NCBI RefSeq assembly: GCF_006345805.1
Contig: NC_042997.1
Coordinates: 14,384,001 to 14,448,000, forward strand
Direction: 5' to 3'
From: Octopus sinensis
Lineage: Eukaryota
DNA length: 64,000 bases
Of this stretch, positions 50,522 through 63,851 are shown piece after piece (within the stretch, counting starts at the first letter, position 1; every line of letters starts with the position of its first letter). Under the pieces are notes generated by a model, which had not been told where the DNA came from, did no database searches, and saw only the letters and a list, made by a program, of their open reading frames with translations. A program made the translations under genes and the position numbers.

Positions 50522-51454
50522 GTAGTTCAAAAACGCATATCGATGTTAATATATTTTGCATAAGAATCTCAATTTTTGAAAACAAAAACGCGAACGTCAT
50601 TGAATTGTCTAAAGCAACAAAGAATAAGGCTCTAAATATGTACCTTGTTTCAATCATTGGACTATGCCCATGCTGCAGCACTCCCTTGAAGAATTTAGTC
50701 GAACAAATGGACCGCATTCCTTATTTTTAATGATTGGTACTTATCCTATCGATCTCTTTTACCAAATCGCTATGTTAAGGGGACACAAATAAATCAACAC
50801 CGGATGTCAAGTGATGGTGGGAAAGACAAACACAAACACGAAGACACACACACATATGAGATTCCACGCAGTTTCCGTTTATCAAGTTGACTCTCATGTG
50901 ATTGGTCGATCTGAAGCTATAAGGGATATGACACTTGCCGGAAGCACGTGTTTGCAATGCTACCTCCTTAACTACGCCGCAATGAGTAATTAATAAACCT
51001 TTTATGGCGGTGCCCCAGCATAGCCAAATTCCGGTGACTGAAACAAATAAAAAACGTAAAAGGTAAAAATGCTAAAAAAATAAAAAGAAAGATAAGGAAT
51101 TACATAAAGAAATTATATTTGATTATGGTTGAATGTCAGTTGTGTTTCTGTTCACCGATAACATCATGCCCTCTTCTAATCCTTCCAAAGATTATTTAAT
51201 AATTTTGCTTAAAGATCTGTTTTGCGTTACGTTTACATATGTTTCTAAAAAAAATCCCGACCCATCAAGATACTGAGTACCTCCACCATACCTCACCAGG
51301 GAGCGCTATTGCGGATGTAAAATATTTTGTTTTTAAGTGTGGTTAAGAAGCTCGATTTGCAGCCATGTGGTTTCGAGTTGTTTCACTATGCAGCACCGAA
51401 CTAACCAATGCCTTGTGAGTGAATTTGGTGGGACAGAAACTATGTAGAAGCGAA

Positions 51455-52055
51455 GGCGGCGAGCTGGCAGAAACGTTAGCACGCCGGGCGAAATGCGTAG
51501 CCGTATTTCGTCTGCCGTTACGTTCTGTGTTCAAATTCTGCCGAGGTCGACTTTGCCTTTCATCCTTTCGGGATCGATTTAAAAAAGTACCAGTTACGCA
51601 CTGGGGTCGATATAATCGACTTAATCCGTTTGTCTGTTCTTGTTTGTCTTCTCTGTGTTTAGCCCCTTGTGGGTAGTAAAGAAATAGGTATTTCGTCTGT
51701 CTTATGTTCTGAGTTCAAATTCTGCCGTGGTCGATTTTGCCTTTCATCCTTTCGGGATCGATTAAATAAGTACCAGTTACGCAATGGGGCCGATATAATC
51801 GACTTAATCCGTTTGTCTGTTCTTGTTTGTCTTCTCTGTGTTTAGCCCCTTGTGGGTAGTAAAGAAATAGGTATTTCGTCTGTCTCTATGTTCTGAGTTC
51901 AAATTCTGCCGTGGTCGATTTTGCCTTTCATCCTTTCGGGGTCGATTAAATAAGTACCAGTTACGCACTGGGGTTGATATAATCGACTTAATCCGTTTGT
52001 CTGTCCTTGTTTGTCCCCTCTGTGTGTAACCCCTTGTGGGCAGTAAAGAACTAAG
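51455..52055 (+). mobile_element. SINE family B with three tandem body units
   Basis: One head followed by three ~185-bp units, each starting TATTTCGTCTG. Confidence 0.9.
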
Positions 52056-52619
52056 AAACTGTGTGGAGGCAAAACGCGCACACGCGTGTGTTTGTGAGTA
52101 TTTCCGTTTACCACTGCATGACAACCAGTATTAGTTTGTTACGTCCCCCTAACTTAGCAGTTTGACAAAAAGACAAAAGCTAACAGTATAAGTGCCAGAT
52201 TAAAAAAAAAAGTACGTACTCTTCAAGGCAGTATCCCAGCATGACCGCGATCCAATGACTGAAACAAATAAAAGATAAACGATATTTTCGTGGACAGAAA
52301 AAAAAAAAAAAAAGATATCGACTGGATTAGTTTCTGTCCTGTTAAATTTCTCCTGTTCACAGAGACACTTCATAAATCCGGTATTACTAAAGGATTAATT
52401 AAATCAGATACTGATTCCATTGAAAATGCAGCTTGTTTGGCCAACAAGTAGCTGGTGCTCTAACAGTGTTTTGTTACAGATTGCTGTACTGTGCTGAAGA
52501 TTTCAGCCAAAAAGGTTACTCAGTTACTGATGACATCCCAACTTAGTATTGAAACTAGTCCCAGTGATATCTTTTTTTTTTTTTTTTTTGCTGTTCACCA
52601 AGATACCGTCTTTTATTTT

Positions 52620-52975
52620 TTCACTTGTTTAAGTCATTGGAGGGTTTTAGTCGAACAAATCAACCTTCGGTACTAATTTTTTAAAGTCAAGTACTTGCTC
52701 TATCGGCTTTTTAGCCGAAGCGCTGTTGTGAGGATGTAAACAAACCAACACCGGTTATCAAGCGTTGGCGCGACACATACGCACACACACACATACTACA
52801 CACACAAATGATGGGCTTCTACATAGTTTCCGATTACCAAATTCACTCGTAAGGCATTGATCTGTTGACCCAGGATTATTGAGAAGACATTTGCCCTAGG
52901 TGCCGCGTAGTGAGATTGAGCCCAAAACCAATTGATTTCAAAGCGAACTTTTTAACTACACAACCATACCTGCAC
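52620..52975 (-). mobile_element. SINE family A, diverged
   Basis: Degenerate match across head, body and tail. Confidence 0.75.
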
Positions 52976-53126
52976 CTACAGCACAAGTATTTTCTTTATC
53001 GTCCTTGGAAGGATAAAAATTTTTAAAAAACTATGTTAACCTCGGAGGGTTTGAACTCAGGTCGCAGAGAGTCGAGACGCTTAAATGACTGTCACTTCAC
53101 CGCCTACAAGGACTATTGTTTGATCC

Positions 53127-53516
53127 TGGTGGAAGCACTCCGTCGGTTACGACGACGAGGGTTCCGGTTGATCCGATCAACGGAACAGCCTGCTCGTGAA
53201 ATTAACGTGTAAGTGGCTGAGCACTCCACAGACACGTGTACCCTTAACGTAATTCTCGGGATATTCAGCGTGACACAGAGAGTGACAAGGCCGGCCCTTT
53301 GAAAATACAGGTACAACAGAAACAGGAAGTAAGAGTGAGAGAAAGTTGTGGTGAAAGAGTACAGCAGGGATCACCACCATCCCCTGCCGGAGCCTCGTGG
53401 CGCTTTAGGTCTTTTTCGCTCAATAAACACTCACAACGCCCGGTTTGGGAATCGAAACCGCGATCCTGCAACCGCGAGTCCGCTGCCCTAACCACTGAGC
53501 CATTGCGCCTCCACTT
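53127..53516 (-). mobile_element. SINE family C with 11-bp TSD
   Basis: TSD TTGTTTGATCC at 53116-53126 and 53517-53527. Confidence 0.92.
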
Positions 53517-54384
53517 TTGTTTGATCCACGAGAGGAGTGACTACCCCAAGTACTAGTTTTGTGAGTAACTCATAGGGATTTCTTGTTTGTTGCTTATAAA
53601 AAAAAATCTGGTAAAGTCAATACAAGACAAACAATACAACTTTATTAAGTATGTACTTAAAAAGATTATGTATTTTGTAACAGAAGGTAAAGAAAAAAAT
53701 ACATTATGAAATAAACATACTTAATGTATTGTAATCGGTTTCTTTATAGACAGTTATATAGGTTCGTATGAGTATTTTATTGTTACCAAATTTGTCCCCT
53801 CTTTTTTTAAAGAGAAGGGCATAATTTGTTGGGTGTCTGGTTGCTATTTTTAGCGGATTGAGCGACCAGCTTTGTTGACTCGAACGTCTAAGGTTGTTAT
53901 TAATAGCGAGATAAAGGACAAGTGAAGAGCAGGATTTAAAGAGAAAGAAAGAAAAGAACCCGGATGAATTACATCATGTCATTTTCAGCCAATCCCATAT
54001 AGCTTCCTAGAAACTTGAATACCACAAATCATTTTCATACTTCACTTAATATTTCTCACACTATGTATACACATCCGCCTTTGCTGTGCTGTGCTTAATT
54101 AAAACAGCAAATCAAAAAGCTGTCAAGGTCAGATGATAGACTCCTGCTCTTTAAAAGAAACCAACAATATTGTTTCGTGTGTGTATGTGTGTGTGTGTGT
54201 GTGTGTGCGTGTGTACTCACGTACATGCGTGGGTATGCCTGCCTGCCTATATATAGTATTATTGGTGGAGATAATGTTGATAAGAGCAATATTGTTTGAA
54301 CGTGTAAATGCTGTGCCATAACAATAGGACAATGTTTTATAATAACAATGATTATATTTATATATATATATATGTATGTGTATA

Positions 54385-54786
54385 TGTGGTCAGTAGCTTG
54401 CTAACCAACCACATGGTTCCGGGTTCAGTCCTACTGCGTGGCATCTTGGGCAAGTGTCTTCTGCTATAGCCCCGGGCCGACCAATGCCTTGTGAGTGGAT
54501 TTGGTAGACGGAAACTGAAAGAAGCCTGTCGTATATATGTATATATGTATGTATGTGTGTGTGTGTTTGTGTGTCTGTGTTTGTCCCCCTAGCATTGCTT
54601 GACAACCGATACTGGTGTGTTTATGTCCCCGTTACTTAGCGGTTCGGCAAAAGAGACCGATAGAATAAGCACTAGGCTTACAAAGAATAAGTCCTGGGGT
54701 CGATTTCCTCGACCTAAAGGCGGTGCTCCAGTATGGCCACAGTCAAATGACTGAAACAAGTAAAAGAGTAAAAGGGAATAAAGAGT
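54385..54786 (+). mobile_element. SINE family A
   Basis: Near-identical to the 55026 copy. Confidence 0.9.
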
Positions 54787-54851
54787 ATGTATATATATAT
54801 GTATATGTATGTATATGTGTATATACGTATATATATGTTTGTATGTGTGTA

Positions 54852-55020
54852 TGTGTCAATTGAGTTATAAGTGAATACTTCTTCCGGAAGTTTATTCAAA
54901 AGCATATTATTAATGCTATATACGGCAACCTTTTTTAGAGCTAGGATAGCTCGCTCACGGATCCAATCTGTTTTGTTGTAATTACGAAGAAGATTTGGAA
55001 AGATTTCATCCACCAAATCA
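54852..55020 (-). pseudogene. Helitron RepHel PIF1-type helicase fragment
   Basis: EIFPNLLRNYNKTDWIRERAILALKKVAVYSINNMLLNKLPEEVFTYNSIDT matches the WLxERAILAPxN...LPG...YxSxD segment of Helitron PIF1 helicases. Confidence 0.75.
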
Positions 55021-55025
55021 TCGAC

Positions 55026-55385
55026 CGGGTTCAGTCCCACTGCGTGGCATTTTGGGAAAGTGTCTTCTGCTATAGCCCCGGGCCAACCAATGCCTTGTGA
55101 GTGGATTTGGTAGACGGAAACTGAAAGAAGCCTGTCGTATATATGTATATATATATATATGTGTGTGTTTGTGTGTCTGTGTTTGTCCCCCTAGCATTGC
55201 TTGACAACCGATGCTGGTGTGTTTATGTCCCCGTTACTTAGCGGTTCGGCAAAAGAGACCGATAGAATAAGTACTAGGCTTACAAAAGAATAAATCCCGG
55301 GGCCGATTTGCTCGACTAAAGGCGGTGCTCCAGCATGGCCGCAGTCAAATGACTGAAACAAGTAAAAAGAATAAAAAGAAAAAGA
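55026..55385 (+). mobile_element. SINE family A, 5'-truncated at the B box
   Basis: Starts at CCGGGTTCAGTCCC. Confidence 0.9.
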
Positions 55386-58379
55386 ATTGGATTGGGTGTG
55401 AGAAACTGTTCTTTATCAATTGGAACTCACCCTTCGCCGAGTTTCAAAAGCTGCTCTGCAGATGGTTCAGCTGATTGATCTCTTGAAAGCATCGATCTCA
55501 TATAATAATTGAAGTAGAAAAAAGATCAACTCCGTATATAAACTTCTGTTTGTTTATTATATGATAATAGTAAGTGAGTTGTATGTGTTACTTTATTTAT
55601 CAATACAACAATGGCAATTATATAATAGACTTCATTTAAATAGGTTATTTACTCATTCTTGAATGGAATACTAGTAATGGCAAATTAAGTTATTGAAGTA
55701 TTCATGTATTAAGAGAGAATATTTCTTTATAAACAATGTTTTTGTTTTATTTTGGGCTGCATAAGCAACAAGATTTGATTTAGCTTACTTCATTTAAATA
55801 GGTATGTTCTTTATTTAAATAGATATGTTCTTCAAGTTGCAATCCAGCAACTCTTAGTGTTTGGCCCTGAGTTTTATTAATGCTCATATTCGTATATAAG
55901 TTGCCAAATACATATTGAAAAATTAAATGCGTGTGTGTGCGGGATATGTTTTAGAATCCGCTGGTCAGTGAGTTCAGTTGCAGCTATATTTACACTTGCT
56001 GTGAGTAGAAAATCTCGATAGCTTTAATTGCAGATTTAATTAACTATAACCACTCTCCGAAATGTGTGGCCGTATGGCATCAGAAATTATAGACATATCT
56101 GGATAATTGAGAAATTCTCTTTGCAACCACATGATTTGGGATTCAGTCCCAATGTGCGGTATCCTGGTCAAGTGTTATCTACTACAGTCTGGGATCGACC
56201 GATGCCTTGCGTATGATTTTGGAAGAAAGAATCTGAAGAAACCTGTAGTGTGTGTATATGTATCCCCATTCCCTCTTGGCAACTGTATACGTCCCCATAA
56301 CTCAACAGTTCGGCAAAAGTAACCGATAGATTACAGAACCTAGAATATAAGTACTAAAGTCGATTTGTTTGACTAAAACCCTCTATACCGTTGCATGGCC
56401 GCAGCCCAGTTTTTTTTTATGGGCGAGGAATAGCAGTAACAGACAAAGTATTCTTTTATATTTCTGAGTTGAAATCCCTTTTAAGTAGTTCATAAAAATG
56501 TGTACTAGTCAAGTACTGGAGTCGATTACCGGCCAATTATTGAATTAAACTTCTATTCTTATGAAGCATCCTAGATGCCAATGAAATTATTATAATAGGC
56601 TCCCCTTCTCCGTGACACTCGTGTCAATTTCCTATCTTGAGAAAGTCTTGACCTAAAGCATCCAATGTGACCGTTACTAAAACGGCGGCGAGTATGATAT
56701 ACCAGAGATTTGGCTGCTATTCCTAGCCGGTTGTATGACCATGGAGAAACTTCTCAGTAAATCAAGAAATATTCTTCGATGCGTGCCTTCAGTCCATCTC
56801 TGAGTGTGGCTTCCACGTTGCCTCTCTCATTGAGTGAGAAGTCGTACTCAGTTGCATTTTCACAATTCCATGTGTAGAAAGACTTACTAACAAAGAAAGT
56901 TCATTATCTGCTTTTTCATCTTGCAATGAAAACCTTTGTTATTTTTGCTTTCAATTTCCCTTTTACGTCTTTTATAACCCGTTGTTTACAACACCTGTTC
57001 ATTAAATTTAGTTAGCTAGAATAGTTAGAGCATCGGATAAAATCCCTGATGTATTTAGTGACGGTCTATATATATTGGGTTCATGTCCCGCTGAAATCTA
57101 CTTTGCCTTCTATCTTTCCGGGGGTTGATTAAATAAGTCCAGCAAACTGCCCAGATTGCTATATACTCTCCCAACATGTAGTACTCTGTATCAATGTTAT
57201 ATATTAATACTATGTAGTCTGTTTAGGAGTAGATAATATAAAAATGAATTCTTTTTTTAGATCGAATTTAAGCTAATTTCATTAAGAAAATTGTTCTTCC
57301 TGAATTAATACTTACCAGCCAATAAGAAGGCCACAGCAGATCAATTCAGTTGAGTAACTAACTACAGACAAGTCGACCATCTGGATCTTGTTATGAGTCT
57401 AAATTACGTGATTTGCATTTCACGCAGTGGAAAATAGACGTGTCTCACTGTTGGAAATAGCGACAACACGCGCGCTTGCCGTGCTGATTTTTCAACTTCC
57501 CCAGTGGTTAAAAAGTGGAGAGATGATATGAGTTCTGCCAAGCAGAGTGTGTTCTTGGATGCGTTGCCTGCCGATGAATTTATTGAGAGACATGATCACC
57601 TACTACTTTCGTTTTCTTTAAATGTAACGAAATCAATCAGTCCCTCAGCTAAGGGACCTTACGCATAGAAGGAAGTAAGCATGAACGTTATTTTCGTGTA
57701 AGACAGCTATGTATTAACCAGTATCGTTTTTCAATCTTTAGACAGATGCATTTCAACGAGAAAACATGAGTCGTGATATCGTTAAAATATTAACTTTAAA
57801 GTCTTTCTAAAATTACTTCTCTCTCTCTCTCCCACCTCTATTTCCCCCCTCTCCTGCTTTTTTTTTTCTGTTCTCTCCCATGTCGACTCTGGCTAAACAG
57901 AGATATGATCACCAGCCTTCCAGCTGTTTCCACTCATTTTATACTTCTCGATATAGTGTATCAATTACTACTCTTGTACCAAAGTTTTTTTTCTTCTCTT
58001 CACACTTTGTATGACTGCCGTGTGATTTTAACGGAAATGTATCTGCTATTCCTTGATTGTCGGATGATCACACAATCTTCTACTTTGGCTCCAATAACAC
58101 ACAATAAAATGGGATCTGAGATTCGGTTTCCCGCTTAACAAAGTGGCAATCACTTAAGTTATGGCGCTCCCTTTTAATTATATTAATACTACTTATCTTC
58201 TTGATACCTCATTGGATTTCATTAAACTATTATAGAAATCACAACTAAATTATGTATTTCCTCGAAAACTTTAGTTTCTGCGAACTCACTGATTCCCGAG
58301 TCAGCAAAAGTGCCTGTACATGACTCTCAAATCGCACATTCATGTCGTAAAAAAAGGGGCAATGGACGGTCTTTTATCT

Positions 58380-58700
58380 GTTACTTGTTTCAGTCCTTTA
58401 AGGGTTTAGTCGAACAAATCGTTTCTCAATAGGTCTTTTTTTTTTATTCAAGCCTGGTAGTTTCCCTAGCCTAGTCTTTTGTTGAACCAATAAGTTAAGG
58501 GACGTAAAGAAACCAGCAGCGGTTGTCAAGGGGTGAGGACAAGCACACGCCTGCACATTTACGGCGGGTTTCCATACTGTCCGGGTCCCAAATTCACTCA
58601 CGAGGCATAGGTCGATCCGGGGCTTTAGTAGAAGACACTTGCCTAAGGTGCCGCACTGTGGGACTGAATCTGAAACCACGTGACTTCAAAGTGAACTCCT
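58380..58700 (-). mobile_element. SINE family A, diverged
   Basis: Degenerate match on the minus strand. Confidence 0.7.
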
Positions 58701-58977
58701 TAACCAGACGGCCATTATCCAATTCAAGAAATACCTAGAATAAGCGACAGGCACGCATAAATTTTACATATGATTCCTAATTTGTCTTTAACAGCTGTTT
58801 CAATGAAATATAAACATTTATATAATTGCATAATATACATAATTTTGATGTTATTCCAGTTATGATTTAGAGTTTTACGATATGTTAATAACTGAATTCT
58901 TAAATACCGTAGATATATTTTTACACATGACTTCGGTATATGAAAGATAGGTAAAAGAAAGAGGTAGAGAGAGAGGT

Positions 58978-59019
<42 letters not shown>

Positions 59020-60543
59020 GTAAGCTAACCGGTACTGACTCCACTTATGAGGATACTCTAAAAACAATTGGAGTAGTTATATTTGGCTCGATCGAAAATT
59101 CTGGTACCGTGTACTGCTTCTTAGCGTAACACGCAATAACTGTGTGTGTGTGTGTGTATATAAATATGGGATTCGTTAGAATCAAGGTATTTTAATGTTC
59201 AAGACACCAGAAAAGTGTCGTTTGTAGAAAATCAGCCTCAAATCACATCCTACCATGTTAGAGAGTGGAAGTGAGAGAAATTGAATAACGTAGAGCTACA
59301 GACATTTATGCTAGAGAGAGAGAGAGAGAAGCTGATCGTAACAAGAATGACTTTTGCTATAGATTTGAATAAGGGCCGACTTGAGGTTCAGCGATAACTC
59401 GTCGACCACCTGTTCATTTGCTCTAAAACTCTGAAACATCGTCGCTCTACTTATGAAACGGTTAATATGTCTAAACTATCATACAAATAAACATAAACAT
59501 AAGATCCGGTTCAAGTCACAATCCCAAGTTTTGTAAATCCAACGAATTATTGAAATATTTTATGCGGTGTAGAAACGATATATCCGTTATGGAAATGACA
59601 GGCAAAATTCGTGAAGATGTGAGTTATTTCAATATCCGCTTGAACTTGCCCTATATCGTTGATGCTTTCAAAAATTTTGATGATAGCTGAATAAGATCGA
59701 CAATTTAGATAACTATATGTAGTCTTAAAGCAGAATGCTTACGTTATGAGACAATTACATGCTTACAAATAAAGGACCATTCCTAGCTCTAGGCATTTCC
59801 GGTAAAATAAAGGAGTGTTCTCTTTTCTAGATATCTCTTTTTAAATCTTGATTATCTCAAAATCTCTTGAGAATAATACAGGCTCGGTTTCGTTTCTCGT
59901 TATTTGCACTAGGGCCGTTATACTTTTGTGTCTAACCCCCAAATTCACGCATTTATCGCAGCATTTGGTCATTCCTTACCAGAATGCAGCCTTCTGAAAT
60001 TCCCTCCTTGCTCATATCTTTTTCGCAGGTGTTGATCGACAAAGGTTCAAGTGGTAAAGAAATCTTTTCGGTCAATGAGGGCTTGCGAAAGCCATGGGCT
60101 CGGCCCTATCCTCCAGCAAGCAAGAAGCAACAAAAACAAGACTACACCCAGCCTGACATGAGAAGTGGTGGGGGATTAAACAACAATAACTACAGTTCTT
60201 ATGGCATTTCTATTCACTTTTCTATATAATATAGAAACAATGGCTTTTCCGAATACACTTTTAACCACTTGTTTAACCATTTTATTTATTAGTTTGACTC
60301 GTGGGATTTTTTTAGTTTCAAGCTTTTTAATGCATACCATCAATTTTATTTCTATATAGTCTTGTAATTTGTTCGGCGTATAATTAATCTTTCCTCAACC
60401 CATCAACATTTTAGTCAATAAAGTATTATATCATCTTATTTTGTGTATCAAATCATATTGTATTGTATTGTTATATTATATTATATTATATCATATTATA
60501 TTATATCATATCATATCATATATTTTATTTTTTATAATTTCAG

Positions 60544-61465
60544 AATAACTGAACAAATTCTAATATGGGTTGGAGTGATTCTAGCAATCTGGTGCTTGAT
60601 TGAAACGGATGTTTTACGGTACCCACTGTTTTTTCCTGAAGGAGCACACATATCCAAAGTTCTTAAAATGACGTACAATTTCAGCATAGGCAAATATTTC
60701 TATCTTTGCTTTGTACGGATTTTTTCTATGAAAGACAGATATCCAGCAGTACTTATTCACCATTTCGTCGCACTCAGCACTTACATTGTGATCAACGGAT
60801 TTGAACAAAACATGTTTGCCGGTTTGCTTGGTCCCTTTATGGAAACAACTTCGTCGCCGGTTATACTTTTAAAAATTGCAAATAAACTTAAGCGTTCAGA
60901 AACGAAGCCAAAATCAAGCTTCAAATTGCATTTCATAGAGTTGGTCGCCATGATTTTTCTTCGAGGAGTCTGTCCAATTGTTAGTTTCATTTATATTTAT
61001 AACAAACAGCACATCTTTGCTATGGAAAGTATTCCTCTTGCGTTCTTCTTTTTGTCAATCGTTTTCTTCGGAATTATCAATACGTGGCTTATTTTCAGAT
61101 TGGCTTTCAATTTACGCTTTGTATGGCAGCTGAATAAATCACAAAGCAGACCACCAGTTTTACCCAACGATAAACATTCTTTCTACTTGAATATCCTTTC
61201 ATATTTACACGTAAAATGCGACAAAAATAAGCACGCAAAATGCATGAAATCTCCAAACCCTAAATCTATTTTGAAGAACAATTCAGCATCTGCTGTTCCA
61301 AAAGTATCTGGTGAAAAAAGTAATAAAGCTATTCAATTTCACCATAATGATTTTAGTACGTTTACAGATACTAACAAAGTTGCAAATACGGGCATCAGTG
61401 AAAATAAAGAACTGTGTCATCTAAATGCATACAAGACTGAACAGTTTAACAAAGAAACAGTTTAA
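60544..61465 (+). CDS. Terminal coding exon of a TLC (TRAM/LAG1/CLN8) domain multi-pass membrane protein (TLCD-like)
   Basis: Pyrimidine-rich acceptor TTTTTATAATTTCAG ends at 60543. The open frame runs ITEQILIWVGVILAIWCL...GKYFYLCFVRIF...AVLIHHFVALSTY...METTSSPVILL...FLRGVCP...INTWLIFRL to TAA at 61463-61465. Several hydrophobic helices, the HH motif and an E-x-S/T-x-P-like motif fit TLC domains. The first ~33 aa of the track ORF 60443-61465 are intronic (ATATT/ATATC repeat). Confidence 0.8.
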
Positions 61466-61504
61466 ACTCTCACAACTAAAATACCGGTAGTCTTTGACAA
61501 CCGA

Positions 61505-61510
61505 AATAAA
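61505..61510 (+). promoter_or_regulatory. Candidate polyadenylation signal AATAAA of the TLC gene
   Basis: First AATAAA 40 nt after the stop codon; the motif is common in AT-rich DNA. Confidence 0.25.
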
Positions 61511-62009
61511 AGCTTCAGTGCCATACCATTTAAATCATTTGTAAATTTCATATACGTTGTTCAAAATACAGAAATTGTTGGACTATGTTAACACTTATAC
61601 TTTTTTTTATTTTATTTTAAATGTTTTAAAAGATTATTTATGAAGAAAAAATATTTTTTTATTTTAAACCGTCGTTTTTGTTATTCTTTTATTTGCTAGA
61701 AGAGAATGACCGAATGTTTTTGTGTGAATATATTGCTTAATCGGTCTTTTCTTTAATGTATGTTAAGTGTTGATATACTTAATGCTGGGAACATAAAAAC
61801 AAAATGAATAGGAAAAAATTATGCTATATGGGGGGAAAAAGCAATATAAATGGTAAAAGATTTGTCTCTACAAACTAATTCATGAAGGCATGGTTTCGAT
61901 TTTAAAATTTAATACATTTTCGTAGATTGTATAATAAAAACAAATAATAAATGCGCCCTTTTAAAGCCTAGCCAGGCTCATGGGCCCCATTTCCCGGTTT
62001 CAATAGTGT

Positions 62010-62400
62010 GTATGGATGGAAGCACTCCGTCGGTTACGACGACGAGGGTTCCGGTTGATCCGAATCAACGGAACAGCCTGCTCGTGAAATTAACGTGTAA
62101 GTGGCTGAGCACTCCACAGACACGTGTACCCTTAACGTAGTTCTCGGGGATATTCAGCGTGACACAGAGAGTGACAAGGCCGGCCCTTTGAAATACAGGT
62201 ACAACAGAAACAGGAAGTAAGTGTGAGAGAAAGTTGTGGTGAAAGAGTACAGCAGGGATCACCACCATCCCCTGCCGGAGCCTCGTGGAGCTTTAGGTGT
62301 TTTCGCTCAATAAACACTCACAGCGCCCGGTCTGGTAATCGAAACCGCGATCCTATGACCGCGAGTCCGCTGCCCTAACCACTGGGCCATTGCGCCTCCA
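62010..62400 (-). mobile_element. SINE family C nested in a family D variant
   Basis: Imperfect TSD GGTTTCAATAGTGTGT / GGTTCCAATAGTGTAT. Confidence 0.9.
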
Positions 62401-62605
62401 AGGTTCCAATAGTGTATGTATTCCCGAGCTGGACGGGACGCCAGTCCATCGCAGCGTTACTCATTTTTGCCAGTTGAGTGGACTGGAGCAACGTGAAATG
62501 AAGTGTTTTGCTCAAGAACACAACGTGTCGCCCGGTCCAGGAATCGAAATCACAATCTTACAAACATGATGCTGACACCCTAACCACTAAGCCACGCGCC
62601 TCCAC
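62401..62605 (-). mobile_element. SINE family D variant with a different 3' domain (continues at about 61952-62009)
   Basis: After the CORE-like block it reads AACGCTGCGATGGACTGGCGTCCCGTCCAG instead of GCGACGTCGCAGGTGCC. Confidence 0.8.
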
Positions 62606-63851
62606 AGATTGTATAATACACAGAGAAAACTGGGAAGATTGCAGTTTTCTTAGCATTTACACATGATCACTTAAATCAGAAAAATCAAAACATATCCATG
62701 GAAAACGTTCGTGTTACGATAAAAGTACTTGGAACAACACCAAGCCAGGTTTTCAAGAGAGCGATGTTGAAATCGAGAACTGAAAAGGTATTGCAAGTAA
62801 ATCTATTACTATATCGTGTCAATGAAAGTTGAAAGACCCTTGTTTTTGAGAAATATTCCGATACATCAAGGCACAAAAAGGGGCTTTCTATTAAGTGACA
62901 CTTTGGGCAGAATGTCTTCTAGCATAGCCTTTGGTTGAGCAATACTTTGTGGATGGAATCTATTATACTGAAAATGTGAGAAAACCTATGTTCTGTGTGC
63001 GTATATGTGTGTATCGCCAGTGTATATGAGTGAATGATATACACATCGTCGGCAAAATTGAAAAGAACTGGTGCTTTGTGGATGATATCCTTTGAGAGAG
63101 TCTGCACTAAGGTACAAATTCTCTCCTATCACTCTTACCGACAGACATCTTGTTAGACTTGCTGAAAATCTAATGCTAACGACGCTATTGTTCGCAAACT
63201 GTGATATAAAATGAATGTGGGGGATAATTTCGGTCTTATTAGACCTCATCAGAAAAGTGAGAACTTCAACATGCATGACGAAGTGGTGATGAGAGAACCA
63301 CTAAGCACATGTTCATTTGTTACTGTTAAAAAACTCATTTTTATCTAGAATTAAAAAAAAGTGAATGTTGCAAGATTCATATGTTTTTCAAGGTTATTAC
63401 GAGTGTCAGTTAAGTTGAGACAGCTTCTCTCGGTCATCGAAACTTCATCACCAACTCCATCTGAATAAAGAAAATAAATTCTTTTTTTTAAATCATGAAA
63501 ATAATTATAAAAATAAAAGGAAGTAGATTTTCTACTTCAGAGGTGAGGACTTGTTACTGGATAAAAGTTGAACCTGGTTGTTATAAGAATCATTATTTTG
63601 GAAGTAAACGATAATAATAACTCTCATTAAGACAGAAGTAATAGACCAAGTGGAAGACTGAACAACAGTGTTTAAGAGAAATCAGACCAGCATGGAAAAG
63701 GGGATATTAGATGATGATGATGATGATGATGATGATGTAATTGAAAATATTCTCAGCCAAGAGCCGCATAATTAACCAAACTTAACATAAAAGTAGTTTT
63801 CAGTATATTAAAAGATCAAGAGTTCATCATTTTCACATTCTAGCATTGTCC

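Noticed and set aside
51455-52055. CRISPR-like or regularly spaced repeat array
   Set aside because: The units are ~185-bp SINE bodies without unique spacers, in a eukaryotic context with no cas genes.
59984-60229. 81-aa ORF as the first exon of the TLC gene
   Set aside because: No hydrophobic helix and no strong donor in the required phase. An alternative exon at about 59913-60025 has only a weak GTGTTG donor and an unconvincing peptide.
63055-63170. Frame with CFVDDIL resembling an RT YxDD motif
   Set aside because: Short, interrupted by stops, and no other RT motifs nearby.
63228-63252. Hammerhead core CTGATGA-GGTC/GACC-GAAA on the minus strand
   Set aside because: Core and stem II are intact but stem I has no complement, so it cannot be called a ribozyme.
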